A stretch of 64,000 nucleotides of DNA from Oopsacas minuta (taxonomy: Eukaryota > Animalia > Porifera), in contig JAKMXF010000188.1 of assembly GCA_024704765.1 (NCBI GenBank), forward strand, positions 248,001 to 312,000. Reading direction: 5' to 3'. Numbering within the stretch: the stretch's first letter is position 1; each line of letters opens with the position of its first letter. The notes beneath the pieces are model-generated. The model was given only the letters and a program-made list of their open reading frames with translations. It searched no databases and was not told where the DNA came from. The position numbers and the translations under genes were made by a program. Of this stretch, positions 49,784 through 63,260 are shown in pieces.

Positions 49784-52484
49784 CTAGAGTCCATTATAAG
49801 CAGACTGTTCAGAATTCTGGCCTAAAAGAGTCACGATATTTTCAGCTTCTGTAGGTGAGAAGGTCTTGACGGGAAACTCAACTTCAAAGGTGATATAAAG
49901 ATTCCCTCTCCTTGTGTAGTGGTCGTAGAACGGCATACCTTCATCTGATAAATAAATATAATATTATATGTTAGCTGATATAACATTACGTAATATTCTA
50001 TATATCACCCATGGATTAATGGGATATAGTATAATTACTGTACGTACAACAATGAAAAGGCTATAAAATGTTTAGTATTGTCTAATTTGTCTTCTATTTT
50101 AATCTGGTATAAATTAGATACAATTAGGACAGATTAAAATTCTTAAAATATTGTATCAGCCATGTGCCCTGCTCGACAAAGGTGCATAAAATAAAAGTAT
50201 GACTTCTCGTATTATTAGAACCCCACCTACAGCATATAACTCAACATATAACTGCTGCAATAACTAACTTAAAATAGTGATAATATCTCCATGAGCTGTC
50301 ACTGTATCTTTAACGACAGAAACCTTGTGTCCGTCTAAATGTGTAAGATTCATCTTAAATCCAGTTAACGCATCTCTCAGAGTTATTGAAATATTAGTGT
50401 ATAAATCGTGCTCCTTCCTCTCAAATATGACATGTTTGTTTGTCTGAATCTGAACAATAAAATCGCCAGGATCTCCGTCTATGTGCGGCTCTCCCTCTCC
50501 TATAGGTGTGATATGTGTCATATGGCCAAATTTCAGAACGTAAAACTCAGGGGTTCGTAAACCCAGATTTCCGACGCATGCGAAAATTTCCAGTTAATAT
50601 ATATATATATATATATGTACATGATGTAGCATGTGCCACCCAAAGGTACGTGTATATCTAGTGGAAATTTTGCGATATAAGTAAGGCTAGAATTCCATAA
50701 GAAATTTCCTGGAGAAATCCATAGCCGATGAGAAATCTAATTTATTAAATTTTCTAATATAAATTCATTTCATTTACATGCCAATAATAAAATTATAAAT
50801 TATTACTATACAAATATAACATACCATTGAACCTGTACTGTTGTCCATTAGACATCCCTGGTTCAATTTCAAATTCTAAGTTCCTTTCTTCAGTAACCAA
50901 TCGTTTGTTCGGACAAGAATCACAAACTTCCTCAGGGAACATTTGGAACTGTCCAGGTCCTAATTGCCGTGTTACCATTTTAGAGGTACAACGACATTTT
51001 CTTGTCCCACTTGTTTCCTGGTATACAGGCTTAGACCGTAGAAATTCAACAAATTCTCCTAAAATATGCAATAAGATAATGTATACTATGGAATAATTAA
51101 CAATAGTACCCCGAACTAGGTAGGGTTAATTAGTACAAAGAAATACGATTAGATGTCAAGCAACAAAAAACAACGTATGATTGTAAGGAAGGAATTTTAC
51201 TTTTTGATATCTACTGGATAGTAAGAGATATGTCTAGACAGTATTATAGCCAAAATAGAGCTAATTAGGCCACTAAAATTAATTACCTGTTCCTTATCCG
51301 GAATTTCTTCAGAAACTGGCACTGCGGGCAGTATTTTATTAGATTTTTTATAGGCCAGTTAATGTATAAATATTTTGACCCTCCGATTATATCGCCACAT
51401 CTCTCTGGACATTAAAAATATTGAATCTTTCAACTATCAAATAGTAAAATGTGGATTGCACACTCTGTGACCAAAGAATTATTCATAAATTTGGAAAAAT
51501 ACCAATAAAATCTTTCCGGACGGGGGACAAGATTTAGGACGGACGTGAAAGAGAAACAAATATTAGTCTACAGTGCCTTATATAATTATATCAGGGTTCT
51601 CAACTCTCACGATCTTGGGTCTACAAATACTACAGAATCCCTGGTCTTTTCATAGAAATCTAATACTAAATTGTACATCTCACGATTTTGAAGCCTTCCA
51701 GGTTGAGAGCCCCGTTATGTTGCCTTCCTTGATGGCAAAAATAATAGTTAATTCCGGGAGGATAATTATATATAATTTCACTCATTCTTACCATCCAGGC
51801 GTCGTAATTTATTGGGAGGCTAGGAAGCATATTTTAAGCATCAGTTCATTCAGACATGCTAATATACAGGGGATCTTAAGAGATTAGTATTATTACTTCC
51901 AGTGCTTTTTATTCAAACCTGATAAACCAGGGAAACAGTACGCAATTGTTTGTTTGTTTTTGTAAACGGCTAATTTCCTCCCCAACCATACAAGTATCTC
52001 CTATCTTAAGAATTCAACATATAATCTATAGTTCTATACCATGTAACTTACCATTATACAACTCCTCAAGAGTAACCAACACCTCGAGAAGTACATCTGC
52101 TCCTCTAGGGGTCTCATGATGACCCTGTCTCTGTCCACCGCCAAAACCAAATCCAAACCCTCCAAAGAAAGATGAGAACACATCTCCCCCGCCATGTCTA
52201 TTACCGCTCAAACCCTCTTCACCCCTCTCGTCGTAGATTTTTCGTTTTTCTTTATCGTTCAGAACCTCATAGGCAGCCCCAATATCATGAAATTTCTCTT
52301 CAGAATCTGGATCAGAACTTCTGTCCGGGTGATGTATCATTGCTAGCGCTCTATAAGCTTTCTTTATTTGGTGTCTGGTAGCACTTCGTGACACACCTAG
52401 AATCTTGTAAAAATCTCTGCCACATTCCACAAGTAGTGCCCCTAGCAACGCAGCAACCAGAAAAACTAAAATATATATTCTCAT
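49784..52484 (-). CDS. DNAJB11: ER co-chaperone ERdj3, 352 aa, 4 exons
   Basis: Exons 52484-52052, 51058-50825, 50499-50269 and 49944-49784 (1059 nt). Signal peptide, J domain with HPD, G/F region, [19 protein letters not shown]...[19 protein letters not shown] and C-terminal AYNGL. Confidence 0.95.
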
Positions 52485-53631
52485 ACTAAATATCTTACTA
52501 GATAATTAATGTAATTGTATTTATCTCATATTTGAGATATTTGTAAGAAAATGATTGGTTGATTCGTTTTGGCCAATGGATAAGTGCAGGTAGCGTAATA
52601 TTAGCACTAATCATTCTTATTTTCAGGGATTCCCCGGACTATATGTGTCCGGGTGTAAACCACACAACCACAGGTAATTCGAGCGGCCAAGAGGCCTATC
52701 CGGAGTCAACCCAGTATGGAGGTAAACAGGGGGCGTAGCCAAGCATCTTCTGTTTGTAGTTGTTGGCAACAGTAGGAACCCTCTTAAATATTTGGGATGC
52801 TAGCAACCCCATTGGCACATTTCTGTACTTAATGAATATCCCGAATATTCGAATACGATGTAGTACTCAGGGGGTCTTTGAACATCCTAGAACCAGGGAT
52901 TGGTTAAACGAGTTTGGCATTATTAAGCTGACAAATACCGCTGATGTAATGCTTTGGGCTAAATTGCACTGTTTCGGAATGAAATTAGTACATCAGCGGT
53001 TACCAACATGGGGGTCCTTAGACCCCTATGGTAGTCCGTGGAGCCGTAAAACACCCAGGGAATCCACAGAATGTTTGAAAATTAGTACAAATACAGGGGT
53101 CCAAGAGTGAAAAGGCTGCCAACTGTTGTACTACAGAATTATAGAAATACATGTCATGATTGTCGTCAATCCATAAAAGGAAAAACAAAGAGTGGTGAAA
53201 CAAGGAATAGAAACTTATCCTTGTTCATTGAAAAATGGTTTTAAAATTTCGGCGACGATATGAAAAGCCTGAAGAAGTGCATGCAAACTATGAATAAGGC
53301 ATCCCTATCCCCATATTGAATTCATGTCTAATAAACAAATTTAAATATAACTTCATCAATCACACATATATCCCTACTGTCCCATAGATAAGGAAATACA
53401 AAATAAAATTACTAGGGCGTAACTAGCATTGAGGCAGAGGAGGCAGTTGCCGTGTTGCCTATCTCCCTATTGAAATCACCATTATATTGTGGCAAATAAT
53501 TATCCTTGCCTCCTCGCTCTTAGATCTCTAGTTTCACCCCAGAATTAGTTATGTATTTCAAAAATAATTTCAGTAAAAAGATTACCTAAATACTAAATAC
53601 ATAGACTCGATATAAAATCAAAATAGAACCA

Positions 53632-54867
53632 TTATTTAGCAATTTTCTCATCGCAAGCATAGTCTTGACTATCTCCATTATAGCTATAGCCGAAGATAAT
53701 GAAATCATCAAGAAAAATCTCATGCAGTTTCTCACGGAGATTCTGTGGAATATCACGGAAGTACTCATTACACTTTTCACGTGTAGCCTTCCTTTGATAT
53801 TTCTCGAAATATATGGGAGGATTCGATTCTTTGTTTTTCTGCAGGTGATCAACTAATATTTGTGATTCTTCATTGAAAAAATCATGGTCTATAAGTATGT
53901 CATAGTTTACAACACAAGGATTACAGAGGTAAGTTATTGGAGTCCAATGATTATCTAATTCATACAATATATTCTTATCCAGGAAGCTAGTAACCCACGT
54001 AACAAACTCTAAAAATGTAATGTTTAATTTTTCTCCAGGCAATTTTATACGTTGTTGCTGATTCTTAATTTCTTGCTTGTCTTCTAATGACAGCTTAGCA
54101 TAGTTCTCAGATTTCGTATTATTATTCTCCAAATAATTAACTGTGATAATCTGCTTAATGTATTTGAGAGCAAAACTGAATTTCTTCATACTTTCCCCAA
54201 GTTTGTCACAATAAGCTGAGACAAGCCGTTCGAGTGGGTGTCTATAGACGAAGAATTTAGTGTATGTCTGTACACGACGTGCTGTATCCAAAGTAGGACT
54301 CAAATATTCAAATATACTAAATTTAGAATACGTCACTTCTCCGTCATATCCTAACATACTTGCGAATTTTATTGCCCATATATGGGACCCTGCTTTTGGT
54401 ACCACACAGTTTAACACTTCATAAGCATCATTAAATCGCATGAAAAATACATCTGAATTAACAGCGAGTCTATAGTTCAATTCGCCTTCTATTTTCCTGC
54501 AGTGTTCTTTAACAGAGTTTCTACGCTCCAAGAATTTCGGATATACTTGTGCTAAAGGATGATTGCCTTTACTTTCCATTACTTCGATGTATTCATCTGT
54601 AAGGAGTATTTGTTTACCTTTGATTTCTATCAGTATTTTACCATTCCAGTTATTTCTGTAATCAATCCATGATTGATTAACTGAGGAAATATTCAAGGAA
54701 ACATTCTTAAATATTTCCTCGTTGCTAAGAAAACCTTTCTTCCCTTGGAAAACTAATATTTGATACTTATCTGATTTCATAGAAATATAGTGATAGATAC
54801 TTGCAGCGATAAATAGGATTGACAGGCATATTAATATATATTTCCATCTCTTTGTACAAATCATCAT
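53632..54867 (-). CDS. Golgi carbohydrate sulfotransferase (HNK1ST/CHST8-14 family), intronless, 411 aa
   Basis: N-terminal type-II TM segment; 5'-PSB CVVPKAGS; 3'-PB FVYRHPLERLVSAY; DNHWTP...LCNPCVVNYDI; terminal DDFIIFGYS. Confidence 0.9.
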   Translation of the reverse strand: MMICTKRWKYILICLSILFIAASIYHYISMKSDKYQILVFQGKKGFLSNEEIFKNVSLNISSVNQSWIDYRNNWNGKILIEIKGKQILLTDEYIEVMESKGNHPLAQVYPKFLERRNSVKEHCRKIEGELNYRLAVNSDVFFMRFNDAYEVLNCVVPKAGSHIWAIKFASMLGYDGEVTYSKFSIFEYLSPTLDTARRVQTYTKFFVYRHPLERLVSAYCDKLGESMKKFSFALKYIKQIITVNYLENNNTKSENYAKLSLEDKQEIKNQQQRIKLPGEKLNITFLEFVTWVTSFLDKNILYELDNHWTPITYLCNPCVVNYDILIDHDFFNEESQILVDHLQKNKESNPPIYFEKYQRKATREKCNEYFRDIPQNLREKLHEIFLDDFIIFGYSYNGDSQDYACDEKIAK

Positions 54868-57800
54868 GGTTAACTCTAATTACATAAAGTATACGTATAC
54901 TATCTGGATCAAACTGACACAATATTAATTAGGGGTCTAGCACAAATAAATCCTTCCACAATATAAGAAATTATGTAAATATAGACATCGTTATCCCGCT
55001 CTCAATGGAAAAGTGTTTCACTAGTGCAAAAAACTTCCCCAACACCAACAATTTGTAGATAAAGACCCTGATCCCCTCCCAAAGGTAGTTACTTATCACG
55101 CATGCGGATTTACATTTTAATATACAGTTAACATCCGGTAACAAGAATCCAACCCTCAGGGGAATCAAAATCTGTCCGAGATAGAGAATGTTCGAGTTAA
55201 CGGATGGCCTCCCATTTATTTAAGCTGAACGATCACATTTAATTATGTCAATGTAAATATACACTGGATGTCGGTTTTAAGAACATCATCGGGAGAAAAA
55301 TATGACCCTTATATAAGATTGAGTGGCAAATTAAAGTAATTTTCGGCAATAATTCGAATTCATATAATTTCTTAATTCAAGCTATCGCTATAAATGCTGG
55401 TCACTTGGAGAGTATGGTTTTCTATATAAATCGAATATTAAAATGAGGGTAAAGTGATTATGCACAGAAAGAGATGTGTTTGTAAATACCAAACTTACAT
55501 GTCCTTACATTTTACTGGGCTGACTATACTAGTGCCCAGTTCTGAAATGAGCGGTTCTGTTTTTGTATTTTTATATATGTACACTCCCTGGCCACACCAT
55601 TTGTGTTCCAGAGCCCAAGGTTATACTCAAAATTACACATAATCTACTGAGTGTAGTTTAAGTTAAACATTTCCTGCGTCACATTACGACACAATTATCA
55701 CACTTTTGACCATTTATACCACCAGCAAAAGTTTATCCATAATTTCTTGACCAAAATACATTCTTAAGATTCACAAAGAAATTCTTCATATAATAGTTCT
55801 TCAAAACTTTGAAATCACTAAAGAAATAGACGCCACTATCCAACCATAATGTGCATTTAAAATTGGCCCGAATATTTAATTATAATGTGTTACATATAGC
55901 ATTATGTCATCAGTAATAATTCTTGGAGGCACTATGAAAGGTTAACTTAAATCTCAAAACAAATAGTGACTCCAATTAATAATGACGCCTTTTAAACAAA
56001 TTTAATTATAGACTAAGCTGTCGGCACAGGTTGTAATTTTATTATTTTTTTTAATTTCTTAAGGCCCCAGGTCAAATCCGAGTTATAATGTATATTTAAT
56101 CCGCGCCTGCTGGCCGCATTCCTAGAACCGTGGGGCCTTAAGCCATGGATTACTTGGCTTATTGGTTAATCCGGCACTGAGTGCCGGGGTTTCTCCACAC
56201 ATAAATAAACTCAGAGCGCTCATTCAGGGAAAAACGCTATATGCATAAGTGGATGTGTTGAAGTGAGAGAATAAGGTGAGAAGTATTACCTAGATATTTA
56301 GAATTAACCTCCTTGCTCTTTCTTCATATTTCTCTTATTTTCTCTTGTTTACAATCCTTAATCCGTTCTCTCTTCCTCTCGTGCCCAATTTCCTCCCGCC
56401 CTCACACTAATTATCCTTCTTAAAGAGCTTCTCTTTCGCTATATTCCCGTACACTATTTCCACAATTTATAGACACAATTCTTTCTATATATGAGAGATT
56501 CGAATACAAATTTTGCATATTTCCAAGTTTCGGATTATGCAGGTTCTAGTTCAATAAATTTACACTATTTTAATTTAATACGAGCCGCTTTGCTTGCTCG
56601 CTGCGCGGCTTATGAACACTTTATGTGACGTGAGACTCAGCACTTCGTGCCTCTATTTTAGCAAAGTTTACTGCTAAATTATTTTTTCAACTGTTTGTTT
56701 ACTTTAGAATCATAAACAACAATAAATTTACAAATGAGAAACTTGAAAAAATCGGATTCAGCGTACTTGATTACCCCTTATATCTGTTTAGAGCAAGTCT
56801 CTAAGTATATTTCGAGATTTCAATTATTTGTTTACTCTACGTATATATATAATTGTTTCCTACACTACAATACTCTCTTGGATATATACATGGTCGTAGG
56901 CATTGGTAGGGTTGTAGGTCTGCCAATAATTCTACTTTTCACATAACGACTACTAGAATAGTGTGTACATTGCTCAAAGGGCACTACCTAACTACACCCC
57001 GAATATATTCCACTGTATAGGAGTAACATACACAATATATTTCTCACATTTAGTTATTCAGAAATTTAAGGCTTTCGGAATAAAATATGTCAAAAGCGCT
57101 TAAGCCCGTGTTACAAGGGTTTGGGCTTGCACTTGAGCCTTTAGAAAGGGCTTAACCGCATGCCTGGAATCAGTAGCAGATCTAGGGGGGATCTGGGGGA
57201 TGCATCTCCACCAGGATAAATATACATGATATAGAATCATAATGGTATTGAAAATTCTGTTAATACGCAGAAACATTTCTCAAATTGTAACCCCGTAAAT
57301 TTTCTGCCCGCTTCGCTCGCATCTTAACTTCAATATCATATTATTATATAACACAATTCTTACGTACATAGATATACCTTGATTGATCTAAGGACGGAAG
57401 TTGTGTGAGCTGTAACGCTAGGTATATAGATTAATATGAGTAAAGACAACAACACAATTATCTTATGATTGATAGGTTGCGTTTGAAACAAAGCTTTAAC
57501 ATACATTAGCCCCCAATTTATTTGCATATGATCATGTACAAAGAATATTACATATTCATATTCAGTAGAACTCAAGTTAAAATGGATTAGATAGGAGAAA
57601 ATTTCGGTTATTAGAATACTTCTAATCCGAGAGAACGTCTTGAGTCGAATTTTACAATAGAAAATGAGGAAATGTACGTACATAGTCAATCGAAAAAAGT
57701 CAAATGAGATTGGGCTGTTAAGAGAAAAATTCGAGTTTTGAAGCTACCTCTTACTGAAAGTAGAAGGGCAACGTAAGTGGTAGTAAATAGGGCCTGTCGT

Positions 57801-58443
57801 CTAGGGGTTAATAGCGCCCCCCAAACCCCCAACTGGATGATTATCCCCCCACCAGCATTTCTGCCATGCGCCCCATGCCTGGAATAAATAATTAAATAAA
57901 TAAGTAAATATGCGGGTACTACAGTTGAAGTAGACTAAGTAGTAAGAACTTTGTAGAATAAACAGAGAAACAAAAGAGACAAGTAAATTCTTCTGCAAAG
58001 GTAAATTACTAACTTTAACTATATAATTACATCAGAATTTACCCTCAATTTAGATAAATTTCACAATGGCTTGAAACAGTACTTTTTTGCTCTCATTCTT
58101 CGAGTCGACCCAGGTAGTAAGATTGGGGTACCACCCAAATTTGGAGGGGCCGAAAAAATTCTTACAAAATTACCAAAAAAATGGGGGAGCCCCCCAAATA
58201 GAACCCTACAGATTCTTCGTGGTAATTATTGAAAATTATTACTACCTGTGTTGTGTTATGCAAAAATAGAAAAGTAAGTAGATATGGACCTCCTGTAGTG
58301 TGTGATGTGATGTATTGTATGACTTCAAATTATGATAATAATTCTACCCTGATGAGAATTCTACGCTGTTATCAATATATGCCCAAGCAGTTCCAAGTAT
58401 AAAGTATACGTAGAATTGATTGATAAGAATATTCTTGGAAGAC

Positions 58444-61400
58444 ATGAGCCAAAATACCCCAGTTCTAATACCAGGAGTTGTACAAGAATACTCTTGTTAT
58501 TGCCAACGCAAGAGTAACATAATGAAAAGATGGACAAATGCTAGGATCACTATCATCCGAAAATTTAATGTTGAACCTCTCTTTCAAGTTGTAGACAATG
58601 GAGATGAAAATTTCGAGAATCTATTCACGCTTACACCTGGTGAGAACGATATTGAATTCTACGAATACATTGATAATAATCCTCATGAGCCAGATAAATT
58701 CCTGGGAATAACCGTCACTTGTAAACGAGAAAAATCGTCAAATACTTTCAAAATGAAAGACATAACACAACAGAGATGGTTGATGGCTTGTCTAGGTGCT
58801 ACAGGGCGCGGTCTCTTCTCTCCAATCCTAGGGGTTGAAGAGAGAAAGATAGAGAAACAATGGGCGGGTATTTGGGACAAAACTCACGGAATCGATCCCT
58901 TACAAACGGCTACAGACATCAGCATTTCAATTCAACAAACACTTTCCACCAACCCATATAAGGAACTACCTAAATATACTGAAAGGGATTTGAACGTGTA
59001 CATGAAAGTACCTTCATACCGAACAGAGCAACATGATAACAAGATGCTAACTGAACCTTTGAGAGTGCTACAGGAAGGAAAACTGATAACGAACAGACAG
59101 CTTCATGATACTTTTCTACCACCAATTGGCCCAGCAGTACATGTTCTAATTAGCATTGGATTCGACTTGGAAGTAGGTCTACAACCTGGACAACAAGAGC
59201 TATGGGATCCTGTCTTAAAATCGCGGATTTTCATCGATCACATTCAACAAGAAACATTCAATGAAGATCCAAGGCCAGTCAAACAAACACCTTTGCAATT
59301 GGAATGTCGTCAGCTGATATACGGAGCGGATCGGTTAGAGCCAGGAGTCCCACGGGGCGATGAGACTAGTCCCACTGTCTTCTATCACGTTGATAAAGCA
59401 GTGAGCAAGAAAGAGAGATGGGGAGCATGGATAGTAGCGAAAGGAATTGATGGAATACACGGACCTAGTGGGCAGATGGGAACAATGGGAGAATTAGGCC
59501 ATGATGGATCACATGCTGTGTCTGGTTCCAGCGGAGGCACAGGACGCCCTGGAGGCCCAGGTGGAACTGGGGGTCCAGGGTATCCTGGAATAGATGGAGC
59601 TCCAGGAACTCAAGGGACTAATGGTTCAGACCTCTCATTGTACATATCTGGACAACCTGAAAATCTGAATATAAACGGAGCACTAGAAGATTGCGTAAAT
59701 TTAGGTGGTGAGGGTAGCGAGTACATTCTGTGTGTGGACTGCACTGGAGGGCATGGAGGTCATGGAGGTCATGGAGGTCAGGGAGGTCAGGGAGGGACAG
59801 GAGGACAAGGGGGGCATGGTGGAAAAGGGGCCAGTGGTGGTTATGGTGCTGGAGGAGATGGAGGAAATGGGGGTCAGGGAGGTAAAGGTGGTCAAGGAGG
59901 TATAGGCAGGAATGGTGGAAGAGGTGGTGATGCTGCGAATTCTGGAAATGGAGGTCATTGTATCATCCACTCTAGTGATCCTAAGCTGCTACATCTAGTC
60001 GAAGTAGCAGTAAATGCTGGAGAACCTGGAAAGGGTGGAAACTTTGGGTTTGGAGGGGATGGTGGGGATGGAGGGGGTGGTGGACATGGGGGTAGAGGGG
60101 GACATGGTGGCCGTGGTGGGGGACATCCTATGACGGGGTACGAAGCTAGTGGTCGACCTGGGTTATCAGGATCAACGGGATCGAGTGGTGTTGTTGGGTA
60201 CCAAGGCCATAATGGGCTGCCGGGCATTAACGGAGCTAAGGGGCTTGTTGGCGGTTTGTTGTTCGTACACCTTAGCCCGGATGGTCAAACTGTTATTGAA
60301 CAATCTGGTTACAGATATCATGTTAAAGTGGATGCTAAATCACTCAATATTAGATCAGCAGTAGACGATGGGATATTTGAGCCTAACGAGGAAATCACAA
60401 TAGACAAGTTAACCTTACAGAACATTGGTTGCATGACATTACCTGAAGGGGCAATAGTATCTATGGTGTCAACTACAACTGTAAAATTCCATCCAACTAC
60501 AGTCAGACTTCCAATTCTAGCTCCAGAACAAACAATGACCATTACTCAAGAATATATAGGTAGAATATTTGATGTTCCACCACCGAATTCTGAGGGGCAA
60601 TATTTGGGTGAGGCAATCTTTGAGACCAGAGTTGATCTCTTAGGACGACCTTTCGACAGTGCAAAAACAATCCATAGACTCATCGTTCAATATCCAGTAA
60701 AGGTAGATAATATTGGTATACCGGAGAATATTGGTAGAGGTGAACAAGCTAGTATTCATATTACTTTGACTAACATATCAACAATACATTATGGTAACTA
60801 CCCTCAATCAGGTGGAGAAATAGCTTTGAGAGTTCATTTTGATAAGAGGCTGCTACCTTTTGCGATTGTAACAAAAGATTCGAGCTGTCCATACAGAATA
60901 CATTATGACCCTAATGTACCAAATAGTTTCTATGTAGATGTAATTAAAATACAATCTGCTAGCAAAATTACTGTCACTTTCAATGTTGCCTTGTCGAATA
61001 CTGCTGAGTTGTTTGACAGATGTCCAGTGCAAGTAGATCTTATCTTGAGAGGAAAACTGATTGAGTACCGCCAGCATTTTATTCGTGTCATACCCTTTTA
61101 TATCCCTTCACATCCACCAGCTGATATTCTGTTCGTAACTGATAAATCTATTTCAAGAAAGGAGTTCGTTCTCTGGCAAAGACTATTCGAATTACTGGGT
61201 GTGCAAGTTGATTTCTGGGACAGAGATAGGTTCGATGGTTTCTCTTACAAAGGTGTCACAAGACGTAGACATGAAGTTAGTTGGATAGGGAAACATAGCG
61301 GGTCTCTTATTCTATTTCCAAACTCTCCCTTCCAATATTTCGATCCTATTGATGTTGTTACGCATCTGAAGGATAATAGTAGAGTAGGTGTTGATGCAAA

Positions 61401-62374
61401 TTCGGTCTCTAATGATTCTGCAGTCCTATTTATAGATTCTCCTCCTTCGGAAGTAACAAGTCTAACGAGATAATGAAGAAATATTTGCGGTGTATCTGTC
61501 TGCAGGCTCCCAAAATAACTCTAGAAGGAAAGGATTATGGAGGTAATCACCTGACTGGTCCTGACCCCAATGATTTCAAAGACAAACGGAATGAAATAAT
61601 CAAAAACATTGAAATGGAATCACCTGTATGTAGGCACTACATTTCAAATCTTGAACATAATCCACGACGACTTAAATTCCTTTCTTTCACTTACGGGACA
61701 TTAGATATTCATCGGTTCCCTATTGAGCCGACCTCCAAGTTTGTGATTGTGACGAGGTCAGTGAATCGATTCACTTTAGATGATCAACACTTAAGTGTGG
61801 AGCAAAAAGAAATCCCCTGGGTAGTGATTGGGGGCAGACATTGCTCTATATTCTCTATGGACTCCCTTGTCATATAAAATTCTCAATTTTGCAGGGAAAT
61901 CGTGATGAAGAGATTTCCACAAAATTCGTAACACCTTCTGGTACAATTATAGAACTCATAGAGTTAGTACATTTATCTCTTACTAAGGAGATAATCGCAG
62001 AGGTCAGCTGTCTTTCATTAAACCTTTCCAAACTAGCTGCACTTACTACTCGTATTGTTGGAGACTTGGATACATTTATCAAGAAATGTATTCATATATT
62101 CCCGATAATCACAGCAGTTAAAATATACGCGGAAGAGAATATTCCGAAAAAACATAAAGAAGTCAAGCTGAAAGTGTTCGAATATTGCAGGCAGATTAAA
62201 CAGGGATTGATCCAGTTGGGTGGGAAGGCTATTCGAGAACAGTTCCGAACATGTAAGAGTTTTTCTGTAAAGAAGAGAAGAATCTATTTTGATAATCTAG
62301 TCAATAGTGAACACACATTTGAGCCTCACGTCTACAATCTAAACCAGCTGAATAATGAATTGACTCTAGTATAA
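58444..62374 (+). CDS. Large uncharacterised multidomain protein: PH-like, degenerate WW, Gly-X-Y/GGX blocks and a beta-rich C-terminal region; split by two apparent single-base frameshifts (about 1310 aa if joined)
   Basis: Open frame 58444-61473 (ATG at 58444), continuing in ORFs 61473-61877 and 61841-62374, which rejoin if one base is added at ctAAcgag (~61463) and one at the G5 run 61830-61834. Confidence 0.75.
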
Positions 62375-63106
62375 TTCAATATTCAGCTGTCAGTTTATTT
62401 GAACTCATTTTATATTTATTCCATTATTCTTGACCTAACAAATATATTTATAATAGTCGTTGATTACTTATCATCAGGAGATAATTATACAGGTTATTCG
62501 GCGCAAACTCCTACCGCTCCTCTTCTCAATTTTCATATGCCTAAATCAGTAAATATTGTTACGATATTTGAGAAAAATACCCAAATTTCACTCTCCTAAA
62601 TATAATTTCATTAAAAATCATACGCCTAGAGGAGCGTCTGGCGCTCCTAGATAATTCCCTGGTTGTCACCATGTCCTCGATGTATAGTTTAGCAAATAGA
62701 GTTCTGATGCAATGAAAAGCATTTCCCTTTCGATGTTTGCTACGTCGAATTAATACAATTAGCTCTATAACAACTGCAAAGTCTTCTTCAGAGATACCTA
62801 CACATAACATATTTAAAAAAAGTCAGGCTAATGATATTCTCTACAGCGTCATGGTACAAAATTCTCTGTATTTTCCCATAAACATGAACAGTTTGAAATG
62901 CCTTGGACCTCTTTTGTGTCACAGAATTTTTATGAGAATGTTGTTGGAAACTAATCACATTAATTAATTCGAATCCGTGTCCAAATAATCAGGTATATTT
63001 GGAAATGCCGCTTGGTTTTCACCTAATCCTCCCATATTTTGATTGATTCAGATGAGGAAATTGTTCAAGAAGTTTTCCCAGCGGTTTCTAGCGGTTTCCA
63101 ACAGTT

Positions 63107-63260
63107 TCTACCATGTTCTACTATGTTCTACCATGTTCTACCATATTCTACCATATTCCACCATGTTCTACCATATTCTGCCATATTCTGCCATATTCTA
63201 CCATGTTCTATCGTGTTCCGCCATGTTCTACCATGTTCTAACATGTTCCAGCATGCTCTA
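63107..63260. repeat. 10-bp tandem minisatellite (ctaccatgtt / ctaccatatt variants)
   Basis: About 15 degenerate units seen directly; they generate the spurious 63039, 63043 and 63128 ORFs. Confidence 0.92.

Noticed and set aside
52625-52745. GC-rich island with small hairpins (ccggac/gtccgg, ggcc/ggcc), loosely like 15150-15260, considered as a ribozyme
   Set aside because: No hammerhead, HDV or twister core could be fitted by eye; an Infernal/Rfam scan would settle it.
59701-60364. Ser/Thr-rich, Pro-rich and EVMEV-type ORFs in other frames
   Set aside because: Alternative-frame readings of the GGX codons of the Gly-rich gene.
58444-61473. Calling the Gly-rich gene a collagen or PE_PGRS protein
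   Set aside because: No signal peptide, no COLFI/NC1 or PE domain, and most Gly tracts are GGX rather than long Pro-rich G-X-Y.
62399-62967. Short ORFs downstream of the Gly-rich gene
   Set aside because: Fragmentary in every frame, with no identifiable family.
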